The notes below the pieces were generated by a model that worked only from the letters and a program-made list of their open reading frames with translations, searched no databases and had not been told where the DNA came from. A stretch of 64,000 nucleotides of DNA from Tubulanus polymorphus (taxonomy: Eukaryota; Animalia; Nemertea). The position numbers and the translations under genes are program-made. The stretch is taken from positions 16,809,653 to 16,873,652 of the forward strand of contig NC_134028.1 of assembly GCF_964204645.1 (NCBI RefSeq), given 5' to 3'. This document shows positions 50,002-63,951 of this stretch, piece by piece; positions within the stretch are counted from its first letter, which is position 1; each line of letters opens with the position of its first letter.

Positions 50002-51149
50002 TTTTTGACGCCTTATAAAACGTTACCATTATGAAACCTAAACAATGTTAACCATTCAGCGTCATTTTACAAACGACAACCGTAAATCGATGTGCAAAAC
50101 GTCACAGGTATATGTGTACACATACAAGCTATTTGGCAAAATATTATTGATAAAGATGTAGAATGGCTCCCTGTGATTATATAATGACCTCTATTTGAAC
50201 GTCGAAATGTTATATTGCATTGAATATCATGAGAATACGTATTGTAATAGTAAAGGATGTATGATTATATCAGGAGCGGCAGGCATAAATAGAAATGATA
50301 AGTAAATCGGATAATTTGGTTAAATGGCGGATGTATACACGATTTGGAAGTCTGATATAAAAGTCAGACCCTGACATGGGGATGCTAGTGGAATGACGAA
50401 GCTATCTACGATCTGAGTAGGGCCGGCGTGAATTTCATCGGCGGCTACAAGCGGTCTATATAAAAATGTGTAAACAAATAATTTCAATATTCAAATGTTT
50501 TAGAAAATATGTTCGATATTAGGGGTATGCAGGTTTCATGAGATTAGCAATTTATAATAGCATAGCTGTCATATACGGCTCCGCGTCCACTGATGGCATG
50601 TGTATTAGGTGACAATTCAATTCAATACTTTATTGATCCATATTACATTGAAATTCCGGGATAAAATTCCCAAATTCAATAAAGTTACACATTTTAAAAT
50701 AAGAAAATACAAAATACAAGACACACGGGTAATTCATACAGAATAACATGAATAAGTTATTTAAATGACAATGTCTACTTGAACCCAGACTCAAGTCTAG
50801 GATATCGAGTGACAGCCAAACCGGGCCCCGGGACCAGGCCGGCTGGCTACACGATATGCTCAAAGTCATGATGAAGCAGACATCAGAAGAGCTTTTTCTT
50901 CAACCATGGAGGCAATGAAGTTGCAGACCAACTTAGAGGCAAAAATGAATCGAAGTCGGTTTCAAGTTGACAATTTTTTTAAAATTAGACCAGTCGAAGA
51001 CTGTATCATCTACCCAATCGCCAAATCTCATAATTCCCAAATTTCTTAGAACTTCGATTTCAAATTTGCAATTCCACATTAGCTTATCCCAGAAATTCTA
51101 CATTTTTTTCGCAGGCGTCAAATAATTTATCAAGTTAATTTTCTTGTTT
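50002..51149 (+). repeat. Interspersed repeat, left arm of the intronic inverted pair
   Basis: Reverse complement aligns along its length with 58223-59404. Confidence 0.92.
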
Positions 51150-51284
51150 CCTCATTTTTGGCGAACCGTAGGTTTGCATGTGCAAACGGTCTGGTGAAGC
51201 AGTTTTCATTGAAAATGAATAGAGTATCGGTGTGTCAACAAGGCACAAACATTGGCTGTTGAACCAATAGCGTTGATTTTTAGG

Positions 51285-51830
51285 CCAGCCATAGGCTGAG
51301 CCTATTACTAAACAAATGGAGCGAATTTAAATGACATGGTTTCCAGAGTAAAGGCTCTTTGACTGTGCAACTGAGCATGTATTCGTACAAATCATTCATT
51401 AAAGCATTATCCATTCTCCAAACTCTACGTAGTTGAATTTTGAAAGAGTTAGAATTTATATGAGCTTTTTCGCGAAAATCTGATCGCAAAAATATTGGTT
51501 TTGAAAAGCCAATCAGAAAGCAAAAACTCCTCTATGATTTGCTTAGCCGCAGAGATCAGCAGGTGTTCACGTGAGCCCGTGGTATCATCTACCGTTTTAC
51601 TTCCAGGTTTTATTTTAAGATCTAAAATTGTCTTTCGAGATCGATTTCTGTGAAAGCTTTAGTTGATTTGGTTTTTGGGAGGAATATGTTTATTAGCACT
51701 ACAGAAAATGTCATTGGCAATTGTGCAAACTCCAGGAAAAAAATAGCTTTTTCTCAAATCGGAAAGATGACCTTGATATGCTAATTAGCCATGTGCTAAA
51801 ACTGCAAATTCAATCTAATTTTATTCTGTG
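51285..51830 (+). repeat. Interspersed repeat, direct copy at 55975-56485
   Basis: AGGCTGAGCCTATTACTA..ATGGAGCGAATTTAAATGACATGGTTTCCAGAG shared. Confidence 0.85.
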
Positions 51831-54800
51831 AAAAAATATCAAATCCAATTCAATTTTACTTTATTGAACGAATAAAAACATCAAATTCAATTCAATTTTG
51901 TTTTATTGAGCAACTTTCAAAAAATTGAATTCTATTCCGCATTAAAATCAATAAGACCAAGGGAAAAAATTTATCCGAGCAACTTGTTCCTGCCAGATCC
52001 AGTCGTTGTCTGTGCTACTTTCGTAATCTACGATTGTATTGTGTTAATTTTTAGGTATTGACTCGAGCCCACAAAAATTTCATAGTGATCGATTTATTTT
52101 TAGGGGACTTGAAAAACCTAAAAAACCCTGCTTTTAAGCACTAAGTAATAGCACGTTTTCACATTTGAGAATTTGCATACTTGGAATCGAAATATATAAA
52201 AGTGCAATCCTTCCTGGAAGTGTTGCCATTTTTTGTGCGACTCATCTAGATGTGCTTTTCGACCTACAGGCCCTCACCTATAAACCCCCTACATTTTCTC
52301 GCTTCTATTTATCTGAGTTGACCTTGTTGCCTGAGTTATATCGATTGTGATTGGCTGTTTGTTGGATATACAGGAAATTCCGGGATCTTCTGATGTAATT
52401 GGGAAGAGCCCATGGGGAAAACCCAATGATGAACCCAAACCAAAATGGCGAGCATTTCATTCGACTAGGTATTGTATGTTTGCTCATAATTTTTTCGGTG
52501 TTACAAATATAACCTAGTAGGCTATTCAATTCATAATCCAAACTAGCAAGTATAGCGATACCAATGGAATTTTGGCTTAGATTTGTCTTTTCAATGCCTT
52601 AAAGACCTGCTAACCCGTACGGTTTAACCGCGGCCGTCGGCTTTTTGTGAACCGTGTTACTGCTCTACTCAATTCAATTTTAGTACACTCTTAGGTAGAA
52701 TTGTGAGCGGTGATAAATTGATAATTGACTAAATAGTCCGTAGACAATAGCGGGCAGTGGAATGCTCTCAGCTTTTAATCTAATCAACAGTCAGATTTTT
52801 CAACTGATTTAGGGGTGGTAGCTAGTCTACACACATATACCCTTATATATATATATATATATATATCGCTATCGTACTACGGAAATCCGTGTGAAGCGAT
52901 CAATAGAGAACGTACAGCATAGTTATCACACGCGTGCTGTTAAAAACAAACACAGATGAGACTGAGAGAAGTCGTGCGTTGGGCGCTCATTTTAATTTAA
53001 TTCAAGTATGATGAAATATGGAAATTGTGAGTATAATAATATCTTGTATGTATTAATCGTGTAATAAGGAGCTAACATAAATGAAGTGATTAGATTTAGA
53101 ATAAAAGATTGTTGTTTGAAGAGTTTGTTCAGCATATCATCAGTTGATGGTTCGGTAATCTATTCTACATTCGATTGCAATCCAAATTAATCTATGGTTA
53201 GTATAATATTTTTGACCATGTACACAATGATTTTATGGCGAGCCACAGGGCCATTGGACCTTTATTTGATTTTTGCGATGTGTTATTTCTGAGGATAATT
53301 AAGTTGATTTGACTAATTGGGACCAAACAATTTATACGATGTGATCTACGTTATAAAAAATACAGTACGTTTGAGGTTTTTTTAAGACCTAATAGGAGGA
53401 AAAAATTGGGACCTGGAAAATAATATGATAAAAGTGATTCTAGGGTAAATCCAATGACGTTACATCCAAAGTAGACTGTATGTATTTCATTGGTTGCAGA
53501 CACGCGCACACAGCAACAGTAGTAATGTATGTATTTAGGCGTACTACTGTTTCCGCACAAACACGTGGTGAACGCCTTCAGATATTATACACTGTGATTA
53601 TTTTTAGTGAGCATTCATTTGTGCATTTTAACTGCAATAATTCAGGGCTCGACGTGTAATGCGTGATATGCTGATTGTCATCGAATGAGGGTGTGCCACA
53701 TTGGAAATAGCCGTTGCCCTCCAAAATATGAATGTTGTTCATGGGTCTTAGAACTCGGAAAACGCTTTTAATTTTAGATTTCTTGGCCCCACTAGATGAA
53801 TCTTGTTTGGCTCTTATGTAACTTATTTTGACTAAAGAGTGTTCAAAATGGTGAATATAGAGGTTCCCATACTTTGGTAACTGGAATGAAAGTTATCAAA
53901 CAGCATTTTGTGACAACTGATTTTTTCACACCAAAAGCACTGATGTCTCGTCTGATCAAGCATGTATAGATATTATCATAATTGCGTTTTCAGATTTTCC
54001 CCCGTATTTTCACCTCATGAAAACATCCATAGTTAAGCAGATGAGTTGGTTTTATAGCCGTAGTAATTTTTTTCTTGCAGTCTTTTGCCCTTTTTCATGG
54101 GCTTGCAGGTTTGCAAGCCCATATTGCAATTACACGGATTGATAACTTGCTTGGGGAGTCGATAACTTTCGTTAGAAACTTTCTTGGGCTCTGATATTTA
54201 CACACATTTAATGCAGTAATAAAATCAACTAGGCTCCTTTCGTATATTGGCTAAAACGGTTGTCATTTTCATTCTTTTATGATTTTATTTAATCGTTTTT
54301 GTTATTTCAGCAGCGCATACCGACCTTGGTTGAGCGTGCGTGATCCGTCTTGAAATTGGTATTCATGCGCGGCATAGTGCTGCCGACAATTCAATTCATT
54401 CTTTATTGACACAATTAAAATCTCATAATAAAACATAAACTTTTACGTTTTTAAACAAATTCTTTAAATTTTCTTTTACTTTCATTGGGTGCTTGCGTTA
54501 GCAGCCATTTAAAAAAAAATCTCTGTATGAACATTTTTATTTTTCAGTTTAAATATCTAAAACTTAAACCGCTTTTCTGTAGAATAAATTCTGAATTGAA
54601 TCGAAGACTGGTTCCCTGTCTCCAAAGAGACAGGGGGCGGTAGTCTATGGTGGCAATAAACTTTATCGGATGAACGTAGTGGATTGTCATTTGAAGGAAA
54701 TCTTGCTTAATGTCTTGATTATTTTAAAAAGAAAAATCGTGGCTCCTATCTATTTTCGTGTTCGCTTCTCTTCACCTGAAGTCACTCGAGTAAGTCACGT

Positions 54801-55601
54801 TTTTTCTTTCAGTTGTAAATGTTTATGCAAAATCATTTCAACACAATCCGATAAGTAATCCAGCAATTATCAACATGATGATAGATTCCGTTAAGACACT
54901 ACAATATCCAAATAACAACTATCCAAAAGCTTGTACTAACTTGGTCTACGTCTACAATAAAACCATTCCGATGCCCAGTCCCTGTGTGTTACATTTCATG
55001 AAGAGATGTAAGACAACACCGATCTCTTAGCTCTTTAAAAAGTAATCAGTTCAAAGTTCGATTAATTCTATTACAGAAATACAAAACCACCAAGCCAGCT
55101 TTCAGTACAACCATGTCAGCAAGCCCATTTTTAGAATTTCTTTCTTGTTTCATTTGCGACGGCTATATTGGATCATATGACCAAAAATTAGGTCAACCAA
55201 AGTTGAATATCTTTACATGAATAGGTAGCCCTGGATAATGTATACACCCCCTATGGTATGATAATTGTATCTGATACCATTTAGTCATCCTGGGCAAAGG
55301 TTATGTAAGTGCCATTTAAGCCCAAAATAACCTTAATAGGAAGATGGTACTGAAATGCCTAGTACTCAAATTGTTAATTCTGGAGGGTAGAATTGCCATA
55401 CATGCATTCAGTAAGCTAGTTGATCTTACTTATAGTATATATTGAACATAGTTGAGAGTTTGTATATGGCAAACATACTTATTCAATAAATTCGAAAATA
55501 ATTAATGGACCACCCCCAAAGATACAAATTACATTGCATAATTGAATGAAAACAACCAACTGTAGGTTTAAGAATTATGTGACAAATTGGTTCTTTTGCA
55601 G

Positions 55602-55799
55602 ACATGAGAAACCAACAGATCCTGAAGATCCTCTTGCTGATCAGAACATTAAAGATCGTTTCTATGGAATGAATGATCCTGTCGCTGATAAACTGTTGAA
55701 ACGTTACTCGCATATGCCGAAACTCGAACCACCTGAAGATAAAACTATTACAACTTTATATATCGGAAATCTTGGTGAAATTGTCGAAAAAGAACTCAG
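55602..55799 (+). CDS. RBM22: RBM22 exon 6
   Basis: ttgcag|[55 protein letters not shown]|gtaggc, phase 2-2. Confidence 0.96.
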
Positions 55800-56714
55800 G
55801 TAGGCTACTTTTGTAATTAAAAACTTAGTCTTTCTCAGTTGTGTCGCTGCCTGTTATCGCCTCATTTAAATTGTCCCTGGGAGTGTATGGCTTGTTCCTG
55901 AAATCGTAATAATATGTGAGTGTCCCTGACAAATTTCTTTACCTGGGGCGCTGAATAACAGCCTATTACTGAATAACAGGCTGAGCCTATTACTACAGAA
56001 ATGGAGCGAATTTAAATGACATGGTTTCCAGAGCTAAGACCCTTTGACTGTGCAACTGAGCATATATTTATACATCATTCATTAAAGCATTATCCATTCT
56101 CCAATCCTAGGGAGCTGAATTTTGAAGGGCCTAATTAGATTTTATATGAGCTTTTTCACCAAAATCTGAACGCAAAAATATTGGTTTTAAAAAGCCAATC
56201 AGAAAGCAAAGACTATGATTAGCTTAGCCGCAGAAATCATCTACTGTTTTACTTCCGGGTTTTATTCTAAGATTTAAAATTTTATTTCAGGATCGATTTC
56301 TGTGTAATTTTCAGTTGATTTTGTCGGTTTTTTGGAGGAATGTTTCTATTTGCACTACAGAAAATATCATCGACATATGCTAAGTCAAGGAAAATAGGAA
56401 AATAGCTTTTTCTCAAATTGGATGGATGTCCTTGATATGCTTATTAGCCATGTGATCGAACTGCAAATTTCAATCAAATTTTATTGGTTTTATCTGGTTG
56501 GCGTATGATTTCTGTTAGTTTTAGTTGTTTCATGTCATTCTGTTACAAATATTAACATTTGTAGATTCCCATCATCAAAGTGTCGAAGTTATCATTCAAG
56601 AATGTTGTTCTGATAAAAGACAGTTTCATGAAAAGTTGACACTGACCAAAATCAAGTCCATTTTAAGGAATATTTTTCTTGTTTATATTTCTAGAATGTT
56701 GTTTTGTGTTTTAG

Positions 56715-56956
56715 GGATCATTTTTATCAATTTGGAGAAGTGCGCTCCATCACTATGGTTCCAAAACAACAGTGCGCTTTTGTGCAGTTTACATCAAGAA
56801 CCTCTGCTGAAAATGCAGCTGAAAAATCATTCAATAAACTCATTATCGATGGACGTCGTTTGAATATCAAATGGGGCAGATCACAAGCGGCAACTCCTGG
56901 TAAAGGATATGAGGATGATGAAATGAATTTGGAGCCTGTACCGGGATTACCTGGAG
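56715..56956 (+). CDS. RBM22: RBM22 exon 7 (RRM); gene continues downstream
   Basis: ttttag|[61 protein letters not shown]|gtacgt, phase 2-1. Confidence 0.96.
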
Positions 56957-58222
56957 GTACGTAATCAATGTAAAATCATCTGTTAATCTACTCCCATGAA
57001 GGGTTGTCAAATAATTATAGCTGCAGCTTCTTAGTAGCCGAAGCTATTACTAAGCTACATTGGAAAAAATTGCCAAAGATGTGACTGAAATCTCAAAATC
57101 TAATGAACAGGTTCTACCACTTTTTTGCCAAAGTACACGCATAAGACCCCCACAAAGAAATACCCTAGTTTCTCATCACATTATTTTCTGGAAAGGGACG
57201 AGGGCAGGCTAATTTTATTTCATTGCTTTTAAAAAAAAGATTGAGATATAACGCTCAACCAGAGACTAATAGAAGAGACGTAGGAGGGAAGTTTGTTTTT
57301 ACCAATGCGATGAACAAATTCTAGTAATGCAAGTTGAAGATGTGCAAAAAAAACTTAGTTAAAATCAAGAAGCTCCCTAAGCCTATAAAATCGCATTATA
57401 TTGTCAAATTTAATTGAAACTGAGACAATCATTTTCACCCTTACTTGAAATGAGGTAAATGAAACAAACCTGCTGCTGTTTTTGTCACCTTCAAATTGTG
57501 GGCTACCGGTATGCACATTATACAGCTATTCGGGAATTTTTAGCAAATTCTGACCGTTTCAGCTTTTGGAAATATAGGATGGTAAAAATATTTCACATAC
57601 CGGTATGTACCCAGCGTCAGTATTTTTTCATTGAATAGTTTGTTTTGATTACCTTCTATATTCATGCTCGCAGTATACACAATTAGGCTCAAGTTCATTA
57701 TGCGTTGAAATAGTGCGCTCCGCGTGAAGTTAATTGTGTATTATAGTATTATAGGCCTACAGTGTTGCCGATTCCGGAAATTGAAACTTTCAACAACAAA
57801 AAATTCGGGAAATTTTTTGCCATCCTCCTTCCTCTAAAGCCCGCCACATATGGCACCGAAAAAAGTTTTTTCCTAGTGAAAAAAATATTTTTGATGTATT
57901 ATGTTATGCCGAAACAGAAAAACGTTTTTCGCAAAACAAGTACTGCTTGATTTGCGAAATATTTTGTCCCGTGTGCGATGAATGTTTTTTGTTAAGCAGT
58001 AGGCTGAATAACCAATCAGCAAGCAACAATGTCTCACATGGAATAACAAAAATTGATATGAATACCTGAGTTTATTGTTGTCTCCATGGATTCCATGGTG
58101 CAAGAAATATTTTCTGCGCGTTTTCGTTATGCCATGTCGGTTGAACGTTTTCTGGAAAACATGTTTTTTGTGACGTTGCGAATCGCTAAGAACGTCGCTG
58201 TTTTCACTAACCGACGTATCTC

Positions 58223-59404
58223 GAAACAAGAAAATTAATTTTAGAAAATTATTTGACGCCTGCGAAAAAAATGTATAATTTCTGGGCTAAGCTAATGTGG
58301 AATTGCAAATTTGAAATCGAAGTTTTAAGAAATTTGGGGAATGATGAGATTTGGCGATTGGGTAGATGATACAGCGGGTCTTCGACTCTAGTAGTGGTTT
58401 AAATTTTTTTATTGAAAATTCTCAATAATTGATCGCGAACTTGCGACCGACTTCATTTACTTATGCCTCTAAGCTGGTCTGCAACTTCATTGCCTCCATG
58501 GTTGAAGAACGAGCTCTTCTGATGTCTGCTTCATCATGACTTCGAGCATATTGTGTGGCCTAGCCAGCCGGCCCGGGCCACGGGTTTGGCTGTCACTCGA
58601 TATCCTAGAGTCTTGAGTCTGGGTGGGTTGAAGTAGACATTGTCATTTAAAATAACATGCTTATGTTGTTCTGTATGAATTACCCGTGTGTCATGTATGT
58701 TGTATTAATTTATTTTAAAATTTGTATTTATTGAATTTGGGAATTTTATCCCGAAATTTCAATGTCATAAGGATCAATAAAGAATTGAATTGTCACCTAA
58801 TACACATGCCATCAGAGGACGCGGAGCCGTATATGATAGCTATGCTATTATAAATTGCTAATCTCACGAAACCTGCATACTCCTAATATCAAACATATTT
58901 TCTAAAACGTTTGAATATTGAAATTATATGTTTACACATTTTCATATTGACCGCTTTTAGTCGCTGATGAAATTCACGCCGGCCCTACACACATCGTAGA
59001 TAGCTTCGTCATTCCACCGGCATGCCCACGTCAGGGTCTGACTTTTATATCAGACTTCCAAATCGTGTATACATCCGCCGTTTAACCGAATAATCCGATT
59101 TACTTATCATTTCTATTTATACCTGCCGCTTCTGATATAATCATACATCCTTTACTATTACAATACGTCTTCTAATGATATTCAATGCAATATAACATTT
59201 CGACGTTCAAATATAGGTCATTATATAATCACAGGAAGCCATTCTACATCTATGTCAATAATATTTTGCCAGATAGCTTGTTTGTGTACACATAGACCTG
59301 TGACGTTTTGCACATCGATTTACGGCTGTCGTTTGTAAAATGACGCTGAATGGTTAACATTGTTTAGGTTTCATAATGGTAACGTTTTATAAGGCGTCTA
59401 AAAA
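58223..59404 (-). repeat. Interspersed repeat, right arm of the intronic inverted pair
   Basis: Reverse complement of 50002-51149. Confidence 0.92.
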
Positions 59405-60201
59405 TTGATTTTTGAGTTTTATCCATTAGGAAGATCGGGGAAGTGCATATTTTATACATACCAAAAAAATAGGATTCTACCTCTTTTGGTTTCTGATGTA
59501 TATAGAACCCTGTATGACGTATCTCATATTTTTTGCAAAATCATTTTTTCACTAACCAACGTAAGTTTTGTGAAACAAGAATATATGAAATCATGATCTT
59601 AATCATATTTCACTAACGACGTATCTTATCTATCGTAATTGCAACAGTGGAAAAATTGCCAAATAGGTTCAAATGGCGTTATTTTGGAACATGATTTATT
59701 GTGTCGCCGTTCCTAAGTTGTAATTCTTGTAGTTTACCTTATCATTGCTAAACAAAATTGCTAAAGATTGTTAATATATGTGAACAATTGCTATCAAATA
59801 TTGTTGAATTTTAGACTCATTGAGTTATAATTTGCTTAAAAATTCGAAGGATGAGTCATTATTCATATCTAAATGCATACAATTGTGTGTTTGATAGAGA
59901 GACGTATCTACAAAAACAGGCAGTTTTTTTTTTTCAATAACTGGCGTATCTAACTTAAGGTGTCATATCTGGTGAAAATCAGATATTTTTTAAACCGACG
60001 CACAACTTTGGCCCCCTAAATTTGGAAAATTCTTTGAGCTTGACTAAAAACAATAACACCGTATGATAAACCTTTCCATTTTGGCCAAATATAAGGTTGA
60101 GATGACATGAATATCTATACCGATCGAGCTACCAAACATTTTCCGATTTTCAAATGCCATTTGTGAAAAATCAATTTTTTTGAGATGGTTAGTGAAAACA
60201 G

Positions 60202-60540
60202 CATCCTCCCTCTGCAGGGACTCGAACCTGATGGCATCGCTACACTCAGCCACGGCACGAACCCCTGCATCAGTAGACCGGGTGCGCAGGTACATGCGCA
60301 GCTTTCTGAACGTAAACTGGCGGCACCAATCAGATTGCTCGTTGTATAATCGTTGAGGCAAATTTCAAGGAAGAACTATAAATGGGAAAACCCGGGATAA
60401 AATAAAACGGGATTTCTGATTGGCTCAAAATCACATCATCTGAACTGCGCATGTATCTGCGCACACGGTCGATTATGGCAGGGTTTCGTGCCGTGGCAAT
60501 CTCGATGCCATCAGGTTCGAATCCCTGCCGGGGGAGGATG
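60202..60540. mobile_element. Foldback MITE with ~65-bp TIRs and 9-bp TSD (Mutator-like)
   Basis: CATCCTCCC..GGGACTCGAACCTGATGGCATCG / CGATGCCATCAGGTTCGAATCCC..GGGAGGATG; TSD TGAAAACAG. Confidence 0.85.
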
Positions 60541-61472
60541 TGAAAACAGCAACGAGAAGACCAGGTTCAATGAGAAGGAAGAGAATGAATAGAAAACAAT
60601 GAGTTCGATCTACAGATAAGATAACTGCTTTATTTCCGTCACACGCAGGCTAACCACCTGTCCCAACTGCACATGCGCATGCTTATATATGATGATTCGC
60701 TGCATAGACTTGAGTCTATCCCAGTGGTTATGACCGCGGCTTTTCACTCTCAAAGAGCCAGTATCAACAACAATTTAATTGATATTGACAGCTGTAAGTG
60801 GTCAAACTCACACTGAGCATCACTTCGTGAATAAAAAGCCAAACTTTTCCAGACTTTACCCAAGAAAATGAAGTAATAAGCAATGAAAATTTCAGTTTTG
60901 AAGTCTTGTTATCTCGGGCTAAGCCCGAGATGTTGAATGGGTCCAAAAATCGAATTTTTGCTAACAAATGAGGTTATAACTTTGACACGAAGTCATGCAA
61001 TCTACTATGTTTATGTGCAAAATGTAGCTTCATCATGCAGCTAAAATCTGTTGGATTTTGAATATCGCGTTCATTTAAGAGAAATCGACGAATTTGTGGC
61101 GATTTTTAAAGAAATTTCAAGGAGCATTTTGTTTCATAAAACGGCTAGAAGGCCGATGTACAACGTTACATTGAAGTAAAATAACTGCTCCCTGTGGTTG
61201 GCTGAGCTCCTGCTGTCAATCAATGTAAGGGCATATTCGATTGACGCAGACAAACCGGTCTTTTAATCTTCTCATCTATTAATCTGCTCGGTTCTAGTTT
61301 CTCATTTCCCAGTCATGGGAGAGTCTTACATGTTCATTTTTAATTTGATAGCTGTAGTATCGATTCCGTCTCCCCATATCTATTTCATTATGCAAATAAC
61401 CGAAGATTCAATCGATACGCTACTTCACGGAAGATTATGCGCGCACAATCAAATAGGCCCAAACCTCGTGTA

Positions 61473-63027
61473 TACGGGATATCGACAAATTCAAGTTCTT
61501 GAATTACTCGTTTGATGGCGCTAGTCAAAACTGTAAATTGGAACCTAAATCCGCCATGCTCTAGTTCATTTGCAAAGAAAATCTCTCGCTTCAAGTTTTC
61601 AATGAGCGATATTTTACTTACTACTTATCGTCACACGTAATCCTTGAAATATGTTATCCTACCGCTACGTTGGATATGATAAACCTTCACTGCTAGGCTA
61701 GAAATCACTATAAATGTCCTAAAATTATCAAAAAACATTTTGCAACGGCTGACGATGAAAAGACTGGTTGCCTGGTGGCAGCACTTGACGGCCCAATTAA
61801 GATTGTTGGTTCGAGTCCTGGTATTTTTCATATTTTTATTATGAATCTACGAGTTTCAGAGATGAGAATTCCCCGCGGATCCGCGGTTTCCCGCGGATTT
61901 CAGTATTGAAAAATATCAATTTTCCAAATAGTCCAAAAATGATGTAAAAGTAATGGGGGGGGGGGGGGGTGATGATCTCACTCAATTGGTCCGGCGCGAT
62001 CGGTAATCAGGTGAACCGTAAAAGCGTTCAGTGCCTGTTTTACTTATCGTCACGTAAAAGTATCGCATTTCAATGCATATTCATTGCAACACAGTGATTT
62101 TGTATGTACATTTGTACTACGATGAGTTTGTATGTATTTTATCGATCGGCTGCAGACACGCACGCACAGCAACAGTAGTAACGTATATAGGTCTACTTAC
62201 TGTTGCTGCGTGTGTGTGGCGAACGCTTTCGGATATTATACACTACTTGGTGATGATTTTTAGTGAGCATTCATCGGCGCATTTTTACTGCAATAATTCA
62301 GGGCTCGACCCGTAATGCATGAGATGCTGAATGTCATCAAATGAGGATGTACCACATTGGAACTAGCCATTACCTTCCAAAATATAATAGTCGTTCATGG
62401 GTTCGAGATCGCTCTAAGTGCTCGGAAAACGTATTTAATTTCTAGAATTTTCTTGGGGGAGGACCCCCAAACCCCCCGAAATAGCTTCGCGCCTTCGGCG
62501 CTCGCTAGTGCTGACGGCTAGGCCGTCAGCTGGTTCGCGTATGTCACTCAAGAAAAATAACCCGCGGATTATACAGGTCGGCGTTCTCATCTCCGGAGTT
62601 TAGTCCTTCTAAAATCAATTTTATTTCATATTATTATTTCATATTTATCAGTGTTGCCTGCAATAAATTTACCTAAGAGTCTTGAACTCAACAACAAAGT
62701 GATGACACCCGGCACCAGTCATTACTTCAATTATCTGCTTCGAGCGTCATCGCTAAATTAGTTATTTTTGGTCGTTTTTTGACATTTCTAGTAACCTTTA
62801 GCGTTCGACGTGAGGTTTTATCGAATTCAACACATTGTCAGGATATCATACTCAAAGGATTATGCGTGCCGTTGCATTGTAAGTAAAATATTGCTAACTA
62901 AAAACTTGAAGCGAGAGATTTTTATTGCAAATGAACTAGAACATGGCAGATTTAGGTTCCAATTTCCGGTTCTGACTAGCGCCATCAAACGAGTAATTCA
63001 AAAACTTGAATTTGTCGATATCCCGTA
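61473..63027. mobile_element. Long-TIR MITE at a TA site (Tc1/mariner-like)
   Basis: TACGGGATATCGACAAATTCAAG / CTTGAATTTGTCGATATCCCGTA; arms pair imperfectly for ~250 bp; empty site seen at ~3166. Confidence 0.8.
61857..62595. mobile_element. Nested non-autonomous element, CAG terminus, 6-bp TSD (hAT6-like)
   Basis: CAGAGATGAGAA / TTCTCATCTCCG flanked by GAGTTT; CCGCGG subterminal motifs; related fragments at ~48005-48098 and ~53490-53780. Confidence 0.65.
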
Positions 63028-63663
63028 TTGCCGCGATGATTGCTGATTAGATTTGATGATGTTGTTCACCGAAATCAGCAGATTTTACACATCCATGAAG
63101 TGTTCAAGGAAAACCTTACAGATGCATCAATCAGGTGGCGCCTATACATGACAAAGATAACATTCTGCGCCCGAGCTATTAAGATCCGTGGATCTCTTGT
63201 TGCATTCAAGAGTGAATATTTTCGCTGGATGCTGAAGTCAGTGTTTACATAATGAAGTGTCAAAACCAATTTACAAGTTGAAAGATTATATTTAGACAGT
63301 GTTTCACGCAAAACAACAACACTGGACTCATGAGATTATTCCAGATGACTAAAAATAATACATCTACAGACTCTGAAGAGTTTATAGGTGTACGAAATCA
63401 ATCGGATTGAATTTGCCACATGACATGATTATTCCCAAAATGAAACTGAAAACTCAAGAAAGGATTTAGTAAAAATGATTAAAGTTGGTTTGCTATATCC
63501 TTTAATGAATGGTCGGTTGATGGAATATTATTCACTTCTGAATGCAGTAGTCGCTTGACATCAATTACTCATAAGGCTGAGTGATAGAAACAACAGGGAT
63601 CCAGATATGTTAGTGTGACAACTCTTTGATGCACAGTGGTCATAATTACTGGGATAGACTCAA

Positions 63664-63951
63664 CCCTTTCAGTGCTGACTAATCAAAACCCTATAGTGCT
63701 GGAGATAATTTGAAAATTTTGAAAAATTCCACCCTAGTGTGTTGCATAACGGGGATACCACTATAGTGCATATACACCGCGGCGCGGTATATTGTTAGTT
63801 ACTAATATTTCACTATGTTTGACAAGTGCTGCCATCTTTCAATAGAGATAAAAACTAATTACTAATTACATCAATACACCGTAGTGCGGTGTACTAGCAA
63901 AATTCATCACCGATTCATACACTGCACTGCAGTATAGACGCACTGAAAGGG
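63664..63951. mobile_element. piggyBac-type MITE
   Basis: TCAA-CCCTTTCAGTGC...GCACTGAAAGGG-TTAA. Confidence 0.8.

Noticed and set aside
50002-59404. Giant TIR transposon that captured RBM22 exons
   Set aside because: Exons are collinear and in phase with the rest of the gene and no TSD is seen; two independent repeat copies is simpler.
60500-60540. tRNA from GGTTCGAATCCC
   Set aside because: Part of a MITE TIR; no acceptor or anticodon stems.
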